A DNA stretch of 64,000 nucleotides from Burkholderiales bacterium (GTDB taxonomy: Bacteria > Pseudomonadota > Gammaproteobacteria > Burkholderiales > SG8-39): the NCBI GenBank assembly GCA_038903735.1, contig JBCKLP010000001.1, positions 1,767-65,766 of the forward strand, given 5' to 3'. The notes beneath the pieces are model-generated. The model was not told the DNA's origin. It saw only the letters and a list, made by a program, of their open reading frames with translations, and ran no database searches. Position 1 is the first letter of the stretch. Every line of letters begins with the position of its first letter. Positions 35,885 to 46,807 of this stretch are shown here, piece after piece. The position numbers and the translations under genes were made by a program.

Positions 35885-38140
35885 ATGTCCGCCGTCATTC
35901 TGCGCGTTGTGGCGCTTGCCACCTCATTGCTGGCCGCCAGCCATCTTGCTGCGCAGCAGCCCGCGCTTCGCACCCCCGCTGCCGCACCTCGTGCCGGCCC
36001 CGTCGATCTGCCCACCTCGCTCTCGGCGCGGCGCATAGACGGCGTTGCCGACAAGGAAACGGTTGCCGAGGGCGACGTGATATTGCGCCGTGGCGAGCGG
36101 ATCATCGCTGCCGACTGGTTGCGATTCAGCAGTGAAAATGACGAGGTTGAGGCCAGGGGCAATGTGCGTCTTGAGCAGGGCGGCGCCCGCATTTCCGGGC
36201 CGGCGCTGCGCCTGCGCACTACGGATTCCATTGGCAGCATGGAAAAGCCCGTGTATTCGATCACCGGCCAGGCCAAGGGCCGTGCCGCGCCGATCACTGC
36301 CCGCGGTGAGGCCAGTCGCGTCGATATTGACGGCGAAAACTTCTATCGTCTGGTCAATGCGACCTTCACCACCTGCGTGCCGGGGGATGATGCCTGGTAC
36401 TTTCAGGTGGAAGAATTGACGCTGGACTACGGGCGCCAGGTGGGCACCGCGCAATGGGCAACCTTGTACTTTTTCGACACACCGATAGTCAAGGTGCCGT
36501 ACCTCGATTTTTCACTGAACAACCAGCGCAAGTCCGGATTCCTGTCACCGACCATGGGGACCAGTGGCAAGAATGGCCCGGAGATTGCGCTTCCCTATTA
36601 TTTCAACCTGGCAGCCAAGCGGGATTTGACCGTTACGCCGCGCTATATGGCCAAGCGCGGACTGATGTTCGGCAGCGAAATCCGTTATCTGGAGCCCAAT
36701 CACCGTGGCAATGCCCGCATCGAGTATCTGCCCGATGATCAGGTGCGTGGCGGTCGGCGTTCGGCGCTATCCCTGGTGCATGGATTTGACAGCGGTCCCT
36801 ATGCGGCAGGATTGAGCCTTAACAAGGTCTCGGACAGCGACTATTTTCGCGATCTTTCCAGCCGGCTGAATTTTGTTTCTCAATCCTACCTGCCGCGGGA
36901 GGGATTCGCGCGCTATACCGGCACCTGGTGGGGAACCGGAACCTGGAGCACCACGGCACGTGCGCAGGCGTTTCAGACGCTCCAACTGCCCAATCTGCAG
37001 GTGCCGATCCAGTATTCCCGGCTTCCGCAGATGCTGCTAAAGGCGAGCAAACCAGACATTCATGGGACGGATCTCGCCGTCGATGGCGAGGTGGTTGACT
37101 TCCACCATCCCACCCGGGTCCGCGGCGTGCGCACCACGGTCAATCCGAGCCTGGCGCTGCCATTGTTGTCGCCCGGGGCCTACCTCACGCCCAAAATCGG
37201 CTTTCATGCAACCACCTACAGTCTCTCCAACGCGGGCGTGGGCGCAAGCACGTCGATACAACGCACCCTGCCGATCATGTCAGTCGATTCGGGTCTGGTG
37301 TTTGAGCGCGACTCCACTTATTTTGCTCAGGCTTTCCAGCAGACACTGGAGCCGCGCGCTTACTACCTCTACGTGCCTTACAAGGATCAGCGCCGCATCC
37401 CGGTGTTCGACACCGCGGCGGCCGATTTCAACTATGCGCAGATTTTTTCGGAAAACAGCTTTACCGGCGGCGATCGGGTGAATGACGCGAACCAGGTCAC
37501 CGTGGCGATGACCTCGCGTCTGCTCGCTCCGGCGAGTGGTCAGGAGGCATTTCGCGCCACCATCGCCCAACGCTACTATTTCGCAAAGCAGCAGGTGACC
37601 CTTGATCCGGCTGCGCCACCCCGTGACTTCTTTTCCTCTGACTGGCTTGCCTCTGTGGCGGGGCGCCTTACACCACGCTGGACCGTTGAGGGCGCCACCC
37701 AGTACAACCAGCGGGAGGGAAGGGTGGACCGCATGACGCTGGGCACGCGTTTCCAGCCGGAGGTGCACAAGACGCTCAACCTGAGTTACCGCTTCCTGCG
37801 TGATCAGTTCCAGCAGGTCGATGTATCCGGGCAGTGGCCATTGACTGCCCGAGTCTACGGCGTGGGGCGCTATAATTATTCGGTGCGCGATCATCGCGTG
37901 GTCGAGGCGCTGGCGGGCTTCGAATACAATGCAGACTGCTGGATAGGCCGTCTGGTGTTCCAGCGGTTCGCGGTGGCCACTGGTGTGGCCACCCATGCGA
38001 TTTTCCTGCAGCTTGAGCTGAACGGCGTTTCCAGAATCGGGTCCAATCCCATGGAAGCGCTCAAGCGCAATATTCCCGGCTATACGCGTCTCAACCAGGC
38101 GCTGAATCCCGGAAAATCTGGAGATTTTGATGATTACTGA
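35885..38140 (+). CDS. lptD: LPS-assembly outer membrane protein LptD
   Basis: 751 aa with a signal peptide, an OstA-like N-terminal domain and a large beta-barrel. It precedes surA. Confidence 0.9.
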   Translation: MSAVILRVVALATSLLAASHLAAQQPALRTPAAAPRAGPVDLPTSLSARRIDGVADKETVAEGDVILRRGERIIAADWLRFSSENDEVEARGNVRLEQGGARISGPALRLRTTDSIGSMEKPVYSITGQAKGRAAPITARGEASRVDIDGENFYRLVNATFTTCVPGDDAWYFQVEELTLDYGRQVGTAQWATLYFFDTPIVKVPYLDFSLNNQRKSGFLSPTMGTSGKNGPEIALPYYFNLAAKRDLTVTPRYMAKRGLMFGSEIRYLEPNHRGNARIEYLPDDQVRGGRRSALSLVHGFDSGPYAAGLSLNKVSDSDYFRDLSSRLNFVSQSYLPREGFARYTGTWWGTGTWSTTARAQAFQTLQLPNLQVPIQYSRLPQMLLKASKPDIHGTDLAVDGEVVDFHHPTRVRGVRTTVNPSLALPLLSPGAYLTPKIGFHATTYSLSNAGVGASTSIQRTLPIMSVDSGLVFERDSTYFAQAFQQTLEPRAYYLYVPYKDQRRIPVFDTAAADFNYAQIFSENSFTGGDRVNDANQVTVAMTSRLLAPASGQEAFRATIAQRYYFAKQQVTLDPAAPPRDFFSSDWLASVAGRLTPRWTVEGATQYNQREGRVDRMTLGTRFQPEVHKTLNLSYRFLRDQFQQVDVSGQWPLTARVYGVGRYNYSVRDHRVVEALAGFEYNADCWIGRLVFQRFAVATGVATHAIFLQLELNGVSRIGSNPMEALKRNIPGYTRLNQALNPGKSGDFDDY

Positions 38141-38176
38141 CATGCGTGCTGGCTGTTCAGCGCTGCCGGATTAGGC

Positions 38177-39505
38177 ATGTATCCGCAAAAAAGCCCGATG
38201 CGGCGGTGGCTGTCCGGATTGTTGGCCCTGATGGTGATGGCTGCTGCGGGGCCCGTTAATGCACAGACCGGGCGTACGCGGATCACCCTGATTGATCGTA
38301 TCGTGGCGGTGGTCAACAACGAGGTCGTTACCAAATTCGAGTTGGAGCGCCGGCTGCAGTCCTCGCTCGACGACCTTCGGCGGCGCGGCATCCCGCCGCC
38401 AGCTCGTGAAGAATTCGAGAAGCAGGTGCTTGAGCGCATCATCACTGAACGGGTGCAACTGCAATTCGCAAAAGATACCTCGGTGAGGGTCGAGGAGCTG
38501 GACCTGGACCGCACTATCGGGCGAATTGCGGAGGCCAACAAAATGTCTTTGCCGGAGTTTCGCGGGGTGCTGGAAAAAGACGGCGTGACCTTTGAGAAAT
38601 TCCGCGAAGACTTGCGCAAGGAGATCATCATTGAGCGGCTTCGCGAGCGCGAGGTCGACAGCAGGATCAATATTGCGGAAAGTGAGATCGAGAACTTTCT
38701 GCAAGAGCAAAAGGATGTCAGCGAGGCCAGCGGCGAGGTGCGACTGTCGCATATTCTGGTACGAGTTCCGGAGCAGGCAAGTCCCGATCAACTGGAACGC
38801 CTGCGCGCGCGCGCGCAGGAAGTGGTTGGCAGGATGAAACAGGGCGGGGACTTCGCGCAGTTGGCGGCGAGTTATTCAGACGCACCCGACGGCCCGCAGG
38901 GGGGGGATATGGGTTGGCGCGGACAGGAGCGCCTGCCTGAATTGTTCGCGGAGGCCGTGTCCAAGTTGAGGCCCGGGGAAATGAGCAGCGTGCTGCGCAG
39001 CCCGGCCGGGTTTCATATCATCCGCCTGGTGGATCGCCGTGGCGGCAGCGCGCCTGCGCTCGTGGAACAGGATCATGTTCGTCACATTCTGATGCGTACC
39101 AATGAGGTGACCTCCGAGGACGAGGCCAGGCGCAAGCTGAGTTCCTTGCGCGAGCGCATTGTCAATGGAACTGATTTCGGTGAACTGGCGCGCCTGCAGT
39201 CCGAAGACTCCTCGGCCTCACGGGGCGGCGATCTGGGATGGCTGTTTCCGGGAGATACGCTTCCCGAATTCGAGCGCACCTATAAGAGCCTGAAGCCCCT
39301 GGAGGTCAGTGAGCCGGTCAAGACGCAATTCGGCTGGCACCTGATTCAGGTGTTGAGCCGCCGCGCCTCGGATGCGTCCAGCGACCGCAGGCGCCTGGAT
39401 GCGCGCAAGGCATTAAGGGATCGCAAGAGCGACGAGGCCTACCAGGACTGGTTGCGGCAGATGCGTGATCGTGCCTACGTCGAGTACCGGCTCGAAGACC
39501 GGTGA
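38177..39505 (+). CDS. surA: periplasmic chaperone / peptidyl-prolyl isomerase SurA
   Basis: 442 aa with a signal peptide and two parvulin domains (GFHIIRL, GWHLIQV). Confidence 0.9.
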   Translation: MYPQKSPMRRWLSGLLALMVMAAAGPVNAQTGRTRITLIDRIVAVVNNEVVTKFELERRLQSSLDDLRRRGIPPPAREEFEKQVLERIITERVQLQFAKDTSVRVEELDLDRTIGRIAEANKMSLPEFRGVLEKDGVTFEKFREDLRKEIIIERLREREVDSRINIAESEIENFLQEQKDVSEASGEVRLSHILVRVPEQASPDQLERLRARAQEVVGRMKQGGDFAQLAASYSDAPDGPQGGDMGWRGQERLPELFAEAVSKLRPGEMSSVLRSPAGFHIIRLVDRRGGSAPALVEQDHVRHILMRTNEVTSEDEARRKLSSLRERIVNGTDFGELARLQSEDSSASRGGDLGWLFPGDTLPEFERTYKSLKPLEVSEPVKTQFGWHLIQVLSRRASDASSDRRRLDARKALRDRKSDEAYQDWLRQMRDRAYVEYRLEDR

Positions 39506-39556
39506 TTCCTGAATTTGCGACTGGCAGAACCGAGCTTGCCAATGCAAGCTGAGCGG

Positions 39557-40545
39557 ATGCCGGTAATAGCGCTCACTTCCGGGGAGCCTGCTGGCATTGG
39601 ACCGGACATCTGCCTGGACCTGGCAGGCAGGGTGGCCGATGCCCGGGTGGTGGTGATTGGCAATCTGCGGCTTTTTCAGGAGCGCGCGGCGCAACTTCAC
39701 AAAAGTGTTTCCCTGCGCAGCTACCCGGCGCAGGGTCCCGCGGCCTCCGGCGGAATTGACGTGCTTGATCTGCCCATGGGCGCGGACTGCCGTATCGGGC
39801 ATCTGGATTCGCGCAACAGCCGCTACGTGCTGGCGGCAATCGAGCGGGCTTATGACGGCTGCGTCAGCGGGGAATTCTCCGCCATGGTCACCGCGCCGGT
39901 CAGCAAGGCGGTGATCAACGAGGCCGGGATTCCTTTCCTCGGGCATACGGAGTATCTGGCGGAGCGTGCTGGCGGCATGCACGTGGTGATGATGCTTGTG
40001 GGGGGGGGGGCTTGAGGGTGGCGCTGGCGACCACTCATCTGCCCTTGCGCGAGGTGCCGGACGCGATCACTGCGGCGGGACTTGAACGGACCCTGAGGGT
40101 ATTGTTCAAGGGATTGCAAACTGATTTTGGATTGCCCGCGCCTAGGGTAGTTATGGCGGGCCTCAACCCGCACAGTGGCGAGGACGGCTATCTGGGCAGG
40201 GAAGAAATCGATGTCATGCGGCCTCTTATCGCGCGCCTGCAAAAGGAAGGGATGGACTTGTCGGGCCCGTTGCCAGCCGATACCCTGTTCAATCCGGCGC
40301 GGCTGCGCGGCATCGATTGCGTGTTGGCCATGTATCACGACCAGGGGCTGCCGGTTCTCAAATTTGCAAGCTTTGGCTCCGGTGTCAATGTCACGCTGGG
40401 GCTTCCGATCATTCGTACTTCCGTTGATCATGGCACGGCGCTCGATATTGCAGGCAGCGGCACGGCAGATCCGGGAAGTCTGGTGGAAGCGGTGCAGTTG
40501 GCCGCGAGCATGGCTGCGGCAGGCACCCGTCGCCCCGGCGTCTGA
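39557..40545 (+). pseudogene. pdxA: 4-hydroxythreonine-4-phosphate dehydrogenase, frame broken at a G11 tract
   Basis: The N-terminal half (MPVIALTSGEPAGIGPD...[10 protein letters not shown]) ends at TGA 40013-40015. The C-terminal half ([12 protein letters not shown]...) continues in another frame from 40012. The break is at the run of 11 G at 40000-40010. Confidence 0.85.
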
Positions 40546-40560
40546 GCGGCGGCCCATAAC

Positions 40561-41328
40561 ATGCGGCATATTCCGCGCAAGCGCTTCGGCCAGCATTTTC
40601 TGACCGACAATTCGATACTTGAGCGGATTGTCGAATCCATCGCCCCCGCGCCGGGCGATGTTTTCGTCGAAATTGGTCCGGGTGAGGGTGTGCTGACCGC
40701 AAAAATGCTGGCTGTGATTCCGCAACTGCACGCCATCGAAATTGATCGCGATCTCGCCGCCGGGTTGCGCGCCAGATTCAGCAGCGGACAATTGAGTCTC
40801 ATTGAGGGCGATGCGCTTGCATTTGATTTCGCCTCGTTGCCGGCCGGATTGAGGGTGATCGGAAACTTGCCCTACAACATCTCCACCGCCCTCATGTTTT
40901 ACCTCTGCGGTTTTGCGGGGCGTTTCACGGACATGCACTTCATGTTGCAAAAGGAGGTTGTGGAGCGCATGGCGGCGGTGCACTCCACCCCTGAATACGG
41001 CAGGCTGTCAGTGATGACCCAATACTGGTTCGACGTGGCCCCGTTGTTCGTGGTGCCGGCCCAGGCGTTCCGGCCGCCACCGAAAGTGCAGTCGATGATG
41101 GTGCGACTCAAGCCTCGCGAGGCAGCCTTGCGCGGCGAAGCGGAAGAACTCCGGCTCAAGCGGGTTGTAAGTGCTGCGTTTTCCCATCGGCGCAAGACAT
41201 TGAAAAATTCTCTGGCGGGTTTGCTGAGCGAGTCCCGGCTGCTTGAGCTTGGATTGAATCCGGGGCTGCGCGCTGAGAACCTGAGTCTTGCAGACTATGT
41301 CAAACTTGCCCGTAATATGGAATCATGA
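40561..41328 (+). CDS. rsmA: 16S rRNA (adenine1518/1519-N6)-dimethyltransferase
   Basis: 255 aa with KRFGQHFL, VEIGPGEG and GNLPYNIST motifs. Confidence 0.92.
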   Translation: MRHIPRKRFGQHFLTDNSILERIVESIAPAPGDVFVEIGPGEGVLTAKMLAVIPQLHAIEIDRDLAAGLRARFSSGQLSLIEGDALAFDFASLPAGLRVIGNLPYNISTALMFYLCGFAGRFTDMHFMLQKEVVERMAAVHSTPEYGRLSVMTQYWFDVAPLFVVPAQAFRPPPKVQSMMVRLKPREAALRGEAEELRLKRVVSAAFSHRRKTLKNSLAGLLSESRLLELGLNPGLRAENLSLADYVKLARNMES

Positions 41329-41452
41329 GGCCGCTTTCCCATTCACAAAGACCGCGGACACTGGCACAATTCAGCCTTTCCGGCGGGGTTTTGCGGCCGT
41401 AATCCTGCCGCGAGTTTTAATCGGGGTCTAACCCCAAATTTGGAGACCTTAT

Positions 41453-42115
41453 ATGGGCCTGCTCGATGATTTGAAGAAACAGGCGGAACTGGCCAAGTCC
41501 CAGCAGATTTCGGCGCAGTCAATACGCGGAGAAACCGTCAAGGTCGTGGAAGGCAAGATGAAGCAGACCTTCCAGTACGTGCATGAACTGCTCAAGCAGT
41601 TGTCGGTGCTGAAGCCGGTCAATCCGCTGAATTTTTCGATACCAAGCGTAACCGAACTGAAGAATCTGCAATTCCTTGACTCATTCATTGATAACCGCAA
41701 GAAGCGCATCGACGATGTCGAGGTGATCGATTACATCAGTTTCTACATAAAATGGGGCAGCACCGCGAAGATCAACCTGGATCGCGACATGCCGGCACCC
41801 GCGCAGAAGATCCGCGAAGGATTGACCCAGAACGGTGTCAAATTCACTGAAGAGGAACTGCGCAGCCCCCGCGGAACCATTGCGGGATGGCGCTTCGCGG
41901 TCGATCAGGCCATCACGACTGATGTGAAGATTCGCGCCGACCATAACCAGCCGCGCCTGTTGATAGGTGTACGCAATCTTGTCCGGCTGGGCAGCGACGA
42001 GTTTGCTGTTCCCGCACATGATGTCGATGACGCCTGGCTGGAGGAGTTCGCCAAGACGCTACTGGGCCATCCCAGTACGCTGCGCAAATATAAGGTGCAA
42101 ACCCCTCTGGGTTGA
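41453..42115 (+). CDS. hypothetical protein
   Basis: 220-aa ORF with GGAG SD upstream. It looks soluble, has an N-terminal helical or coiled region, and carries no motif I recognise. Confidence 0.5.
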   Translation: MGLLDDLKKQAELAKSQQISAQSIRGETVKVVEGKMKQTFQYVHELLKQLSVLKPVNPLNFSIPSVTELKNLQFLDSFIDNRKKRIDDVEVIDYISFYIKWGSTAKINLDRDMPAPAQKIREGLTQNGVKFTEEELRSPRGTIAGWRFAVDQAITTDVKIRADHNQPRLLIGVRNLVRLGSDEFAVPAHDVDDAWLEEFAKTLLGHPSTLRKYKVQTPLG

Positions 42116-42167
42116 ATCTTGCCGGCAGGGTTGACGCCGTGTTCCTCGAATGCGGTGTTGCCGGGCC

Positions 42168-42560
42168 TCAGGCAGCTTTGGGGCGCTGGATCAGTTCGAT
42201 CTTGTAGCCGTCAGGGTCCTCGGCAAACGCGATCACTGTGGTGCCGCCCTTCATCGGTCCGGCTTCGCGTGTAATCCTGCCGCCACGGTGCTTGATTTCC
42301 GCGCAGCTCTGATAAGCATCCTCGACGGCGATGGCGATGTGGCCGTAACCGTCGCCGAGCTGGTAGTTCTGAACCCCCCAGTTGTGCGTCAGTTCGATTA
42401 CCGCGGTATCGCTTTCCTCGCCGTAGCCCACGAAGGCCAAAGTGAATTTGCCTTCCGGAAAATCGCGCCGGCGCAGAAGTTTCATTTGCAGAATCTCGGT
42501 GTAAAACTTGAGCGAGCGATCCAGATCGCCCACGCGCAGCATGGTATGCAGAATTCTCAT
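42168..42560 (-). CDS. gloA: lactoylglutathione lyase (glyoxalase I)
   Basis: 130 aa starting [22 protein letters not shown], with GYGHIA. GAGGAG SD present. Confidence 0.9.
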   Translation of the reverse strand: MRILHTMLRVGDLDRSLKFYTEILQMKLLRRRDFPEGKFTLAFVGYGEESDTAVIELTHNWGVQNYQLGDGYGHIAIAVEDAYQSCAEIKHRGGRITREAGPMKGGTTVIAFAEDPDGYKIELIQRPKAA

Positions 42561-42609
42561 GGCAGTCTCCTCGATTACAGGCTGGTGATCGCCGCAATCA
42601 CGCGGTGCT

Positions 42610-43383
42610 TCATAAATCGGGCAAATTTTTTCCCAGCACATTCAGTTCACGCCGCGCCTCGCGGCAGCCCGGGCAGGCGCTTTCCACCAGTGCCCAAAAT
42701 TTCTCTGAGTGGTTCATCTCCCTGAGGTGCGCCACCTCATGGGCCACCACATAGTCGACCAGGCGGAACGGCAGATGAACCAGGCGCCAGTTGAGCAGCA
42801 CCCGTCCCGAGGCATTGCAACTCCCCCATTGCGTGCGCGCATTGGACAGGCGCACCTCGGGTACGGGTACGCCCAGCAGTTGCGCAAAATGAACAACCCG
42901 GTCGCGGAACATCGTCAAAGCGGAGGCGCGCAGCCAGGGGAGGACTGCGCTGCGCAAATTCACGGGACCCTCCGATGGATCCACAGGTACTTTCAAGCAC
43001 TCACTTTCGAGCAGTATCTCCCGTCGCAGGCTGGTGGCAGTCGCAGGCACCGATTCCAGCACGAGCAGCCTGCCAAAGAAAGGCAGGTAGGCGCCATCGC
43101 GCCAGGCAAATGATTCCTGCCCGTGCCGAAAATCAGCCATGCGCCGCCGTATCCAGTTCTCTTTTTCGCGGATGAATGCCTCGACTTGCGTGATGGAAAC
43201 CCAGCGCGGCGCGCGGATTTCGATGCCCTGGGGCCTCACTGTTATGCTCAGCGTGCGGCGCTTTGCACGGGTAAAGCCGTAGGGCAACCAGCCATCTGCG
43301 AGGAGAATCCGGCGGGCCGCGGCGTTTGCTAATGTGGCGCGCGGCACCTCGAATTGCAAGGGCAACTGTCCCATTGCAGTCAT
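42610..43383 (-). CDS. YgjP-like (DUF45/M48-like) metal-dependent hydrolase
   Basis: [12 protein letters not shown] (HExxH) near the C-terminus. The ATG at 43383 overlaps the plsC stop (ATGA). Confidence 0.7.
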   Translation of the reverse strand: MTAMGQLPLQFEVPRATLANAAARRILLADGWLPYGFTRAKRRTLSITVRPQGIEIRAPRWVSITQVEAFIREKENWIRRRMADFRHGQESFAWRDGAYLPFFGRLLVLESVPATATSLRREILLESECLKVPVDPSEGPVNLRSAVLPWLRASALTMFRDRVVHFAQLLGVPVPEVRLSNARTQWGSCNASGRVLLNWRLVHLPFRLVDYVVAHEVAHLREMNHSEKFWALVESACPGCREARRELNVLGKNLPDL

Positions 43384-44120
43384 GGTGCCGGGCACAGGAT
43401 GCTCATGCGCGACTCGATCCAGGCTTCAGCCTTGGCATTGAGTTGTTCGGGTGTCAGGCCTTCGCTTTCCAGGGGTTCACCGATCAGAACGCGGATTTCG
43501 CCAGGCCGTTTGACAAAGGCGTTTCGCCTCCAGAACAGCCCCGCATTGTGCGCGACCGGAATCACAACTGCGCCGGTGCGTACGGCAAGCCAGGCCCCGC
43601 CAATGCGGTATTTCGCTTTCGCGCCGGGTTGCACCCGCGTGCCCTCGGGAAATACCACGATCCAGAACCCTTGCGCGAGGCGTGCAGCACCTTGTTCGGC
43701 CATTTGCCGCAGGGCACGCACACCACGGCCGCGATCAATGGCAATCGGGCTCATCAGCGCCAGGCCCCAACCGAAAAACGGAATCCACAGCAACTCACGC
43801 TTGAGCACATGCACCTGGGGAGGGAATATCAACTGGAAGGCGAGCGTTTCCCAGGCAGATTGATGTTTGGACAGGATGAGCGCGGGGCGGGTGGGCAGGT
43901 GTTCAGCTCCCTCGACACGGAATCTCAGTCCGAGCACGACCCGCGCAAGCCAGATGACGCTGTGTGACCAGCCGGCGATAACCCGCCAGCGCGCATGGCG
44001 CGGCAGCACCACGGTCATCAGCGCCAGAATCGAATAGGGAGGCGTAAGAAGAACCAGCGAGAGTGCAAAAAGCACTGAGCGCAGGAAATTGGGTAGTGGC
44101 CGATCGGTGTAGGTATGCAA
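43380..44120 (-). CDS. plsC: 1-acyl-sn-glycerol-3-phosphate acyltransferase
   Basis: 246 aa with an N-terminal TM segment and the acyltransferase blocks SKHQSAWE and FPEGTR. Confidence 0.85.
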   Translation of the reverse strand: MHTYTDRPLPNFLRSVLFALSLVLLTPPYSILALMTVVLPRHARWRVIAGWSHSVIWLARVVLGLRFRVEGAEHLPTRPALILSKHQSAWETLAFQLIFPPQVHVLKRELLWIPFFGWGLALMSPIAIDRGRGVRALRQMAEQGAARLAQGFWIVVFPEGTRVQPGAKAKYRIGGAWLAVRTGAVVIPVAHNAGLFWRRNAFVKRPGEIRVLIGEPLESEGLTPEQLNAKAEAWIESRMSILCPAP

Positions 44121-44174
44121 TCGCTTGGTTGCCGTGGCGGTTATTTGGCAGAAACCCGTGGGGCGCGCTCAGGG

Positions 44175-44708
44175 CTATTCAAGCAGTGACTGGGCGACGG
44201 CGGCAAGATCGGAAAATACACGTGTTTCCTCCGGCAGTCCGCCCAGCCTGCGGGTCTGGCGGCCCTTGCCGCTAAGCACCAGATAAGGCTGGGCGCCTGC
44301 GGATGCCGCCGCCTGCAGGTCACGCAGGCTGTCTCCTATCGCCGGTACCGCGGCCAGGGGCGTGTTGAAACGCTCGGCTATGGCAAGAAGCATTCCCGGA
44401 TTGGGTTTGCGGCAGGCCGAGTTGGAGTCAGCGCTGTCCGGGCAATAGAAAACCGCTTCGATGTGGCCGCCGGCCTGGGTTACTGCCTTGTGCATCTTGG
44501 TGTGCATGGCATTGAGTATTTCCATGCTGAACAGGCCGTGCGCGATGCCCGACTGATTGGTGGCCACGGCAATGCGCCATCCCGAATGCGTGAGCCGCGC
44601 AATGGCCTCCAGGCTGCCGGGTATCGGACGCCACTCATCAGGATTCTTGATGTACTGGTCACTGTCGATGTTGATCACGCCGTCGCGATCCAGGATGAGC
44701 AGTTTCAT
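44175..44708 (-). CDS. gmhB: D-glycero-beta-D-manno-heptose-1,7-bisphosphate 7-phosphatase
   Basis: 177 aa with the HAD motif LILDRDGVIN, and CRKP. It overlaps the glyS stop. Confidence 0.85.
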   Translation of the reverse strand: MKLLILDRDGVINIDSDQYIKNPDEWRPIPGSLEAIARLTHSGWRIAVATNQSGIAHGLFSMEILNAMHTKMHKAVTQAGGHIEAVFYCPDSADSNSACRKPNPGMLLAIAERFNTPLAAVPAIGDSLRDLQAAASAGAQPYLVLSGKGRQTRRLGGLPEETRVFSDLAAVAQSLLE

Positions 44709-46807
44709 GTGGCGAGCTTGGAGAGATCCGCAATCTGGTTCATCTCTTTCTGCAAATCGCGAAGCAGGGCGAGACGGTTGTTGCGCACCACTGGATCATC
44801 CACCATGACCATCACCGACTCGAAGAAGGTATCGACGGGCGCTTTCAGCATGGCAAAGGTTTTCAGATAAGCGGTGTAGTCCCCGCTTTGGAACAGGGGT
44901 CTTGCCTGGCGCGAGGCCTCGCCAAGGGCGTCGAACAGCTTGCGCTCGGCATCCTCGGTCATGGCGGCTGAATCCGCATCTCCAAACGACAGGCCCTTGG
45001 CATGGGCTTGTTTGAGTATATTGGCCACACGCTTGTTGGCGGCGGCAAGGCTTGCCGCCTCGGGCAATGCGGCAAAGGCGCGCACCGCCGCGAGTTGACG
45101 CGGAATGGGCGCAAGCTGGACCGGGTGGACGCTGATAACGGACTCGATCTCGTTGCTGCTATAGCCCGCATCACGCAGGTAAGCACGCAGACGCTCGCGG
45201 ATGAATTCGAGCAGATCTGTCCTGGCATCGCCGATCATCCCTTCAGGAAACGCCTGAAAAGCAAAATCAACCAGTTCTGAAACTGAAAATCCGATATTGC
45301 GTTCAATGAGAATGCGCACAACCCCAAGCGCGTGCCTGCGCAGGGCAAAGGGATCCTTGTCGCCGCTGGGCTGTTGGCCTATGCCGAACAGTCCGGCCAG
45401 GGTTTCCAGCTTGTCGGCGAGTGCCAGCGCCACCGCGATGTCCTCATCGGGGATGGCATCGCCGGCAAAGCGCGGCCGGTAATGCTGCTCGATTGCCATG
45501 GCCACCCGGGGGTCTTCGCCGTCCGCGCCGGCGTAGTAGCGCCCCATGATGCCCTGCAATTCCGGAAACTCGCCAACCATATGGCTCACAAGATCTGCCT
45601 TGGCCAGCATGGCGGCGCGTTCGGCCAGCAAGGGATCCGCGCCAATGGCGCGCGCGATCCGCGCAGCCAGTCCCTGTATGCGCTCGCAGCGTTCGAGCTG
45701 GGTTCCCAGCTTGTTGTGATACACGATCTTCGCCAGTTGTGAAACCCGGGTCTCCAGACGCGTCTTGCGATCGGTCTCGAAGAAAAACCGCGCATCGGCC
45801 AGGCGCGGCCGCACCACACGCTGATTGCCTTCGACAATGTTTTTCGGATCCGCGAGCCAAAGGTTACTGACAATGAGAAAGCGATTCTCCAGTTTTCCGC
45901 TGGCCTCAAACAGCGGGAAATATTTCTGATGGGTGCGCATGGTCAGCACCAGGCATTCCTGTGGAACCGACAGAAATTCGCTCTCGAATTCGCCGGCATA
46001 GACAGCCGGGTTCTCCACCAGCGCGGTGACTTCATCCAGCAATGGCGCGACATCGTCTTCCGGGCCGAGCGATGCGCCAAGCGCTGCGGCGCTTGCCCGC
46101 AATTGCCGGTTGATTTCCGCGCGGCGCTCGTCAAAAGAGGCAATTACCTTGCCATGGGCGGCGAGCGCTTCTTCGTAGGCATCGGCTGTGGCTACCTCAA
46201 TATCCGCCACACCCTGAAAGCGATGACCATGGGTGATGCGGCCCGCCTGCAGTCCGAGTAGCGATACTGGAATAATCTGCGAGCCGTGCAGGGCAAGCAG
46301 GCCGTGCGCCGGGCGCACGAAGTGCACGGTGCTTGCGCCATCGGCGAGCTGATAACTCATGACCCGGGGAATGGGCAGCTTGTCGATGGCCTCCAGCAGC
46401 GCGAGCTGCAAGCCGGCGGCCAGCGTCAATCCGGGAATCTGCTGGTTCAGGTAGACGTACTCCGTGCCGCCTTCCAGCTTGCGCTCGATCTGTTGCGCAT
46501 TGGCGTTCTCCTTCTCCAGCCGTTTGAGCAACGCTGCGCTGGGCATGCCGTCGGCGCCAAAGGCCACCTTGGCGGGCATCAGCTTTTTCGATTCGCTGCG
46601 TTCAGCGGCTTTGGGCAGCACCTCGGCGATCAGCACAGCAAGGCGCCTGGGCGTGGCGAAAACCCGCGGCGGACCGCCCTCAGGCGCCTTCAGGTAACAG
46701 CGAACCAGACCTTCAAGGATGCGTTGCGCAAAACTTTCCCCCAGTTTGCGCAGCGCCTTGGGCGGCAATTCCTCGCAGAAAAGTTCGACCAGAAGATTCT
46801 CGTTCAT
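44705..46807 (-). CDS. glyS: glycine--tRNA ligase beta subunit
   Basis: 700 aa starting [13 protein letters not shown]. It overlaps the glyQ stop. Confidence 0.95.
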   Translation of the reverse strand: MNENLLVELFCEELPPKALRKLGESFAQRILEGLVRCYLKAPEGGPPRVFATPRRLAVLIAEVLPKAAERSESKKLMPAKVAFGADGMPSAALLKRLEKENANAQQIERKLEGGTEYVYLNQQIPGLTLAAGLQLALLEAIDKLPIPRVMSYQLADGASTVHFVRPAHGLLALHGSQIIPVSLLGLQAGRITHGHRFQGVADIEVATADAYEEALAAHGKVIASFDERRAEINRQLRASAAALGASLGPEDDVAPLLDEVTALVENPAVYAGEFESEFLSVPQECLVLTMRTHQKYFPLFEASGKLENRFLIVSNLWLADPKNIVEGNQRVVRPRLADARFFFETDRKTRLETRVSQLAKIVYHNKLGTQLERCERIQGLAARIARAIGADPLLAERAAMLAKADLVSHMVGEFPELQGIMGRYYAGADGEDPRVAMAIEQHYRPRFAGDAIPDEDIAVALALADKLETLAGLFGIGQQPSGDKDPFALRRHALGVVRILIERNIGFSVSELVDFAFQAFPEGMIGDARTDLLEFIRERLRAYLRDAGYSSNEIESVISVHPVQLAPIPRQLAAVRAFAALPEAASLAAANKRVANILKQAHAKGLSFGDADSAAMTEDAERKLFDALGEASRQARPLFQSGDYTAYLKTFAMLKAPVDTFFESVMVMVDDPVVRNNRLALLRDLQKEMNQIADLSKLAT

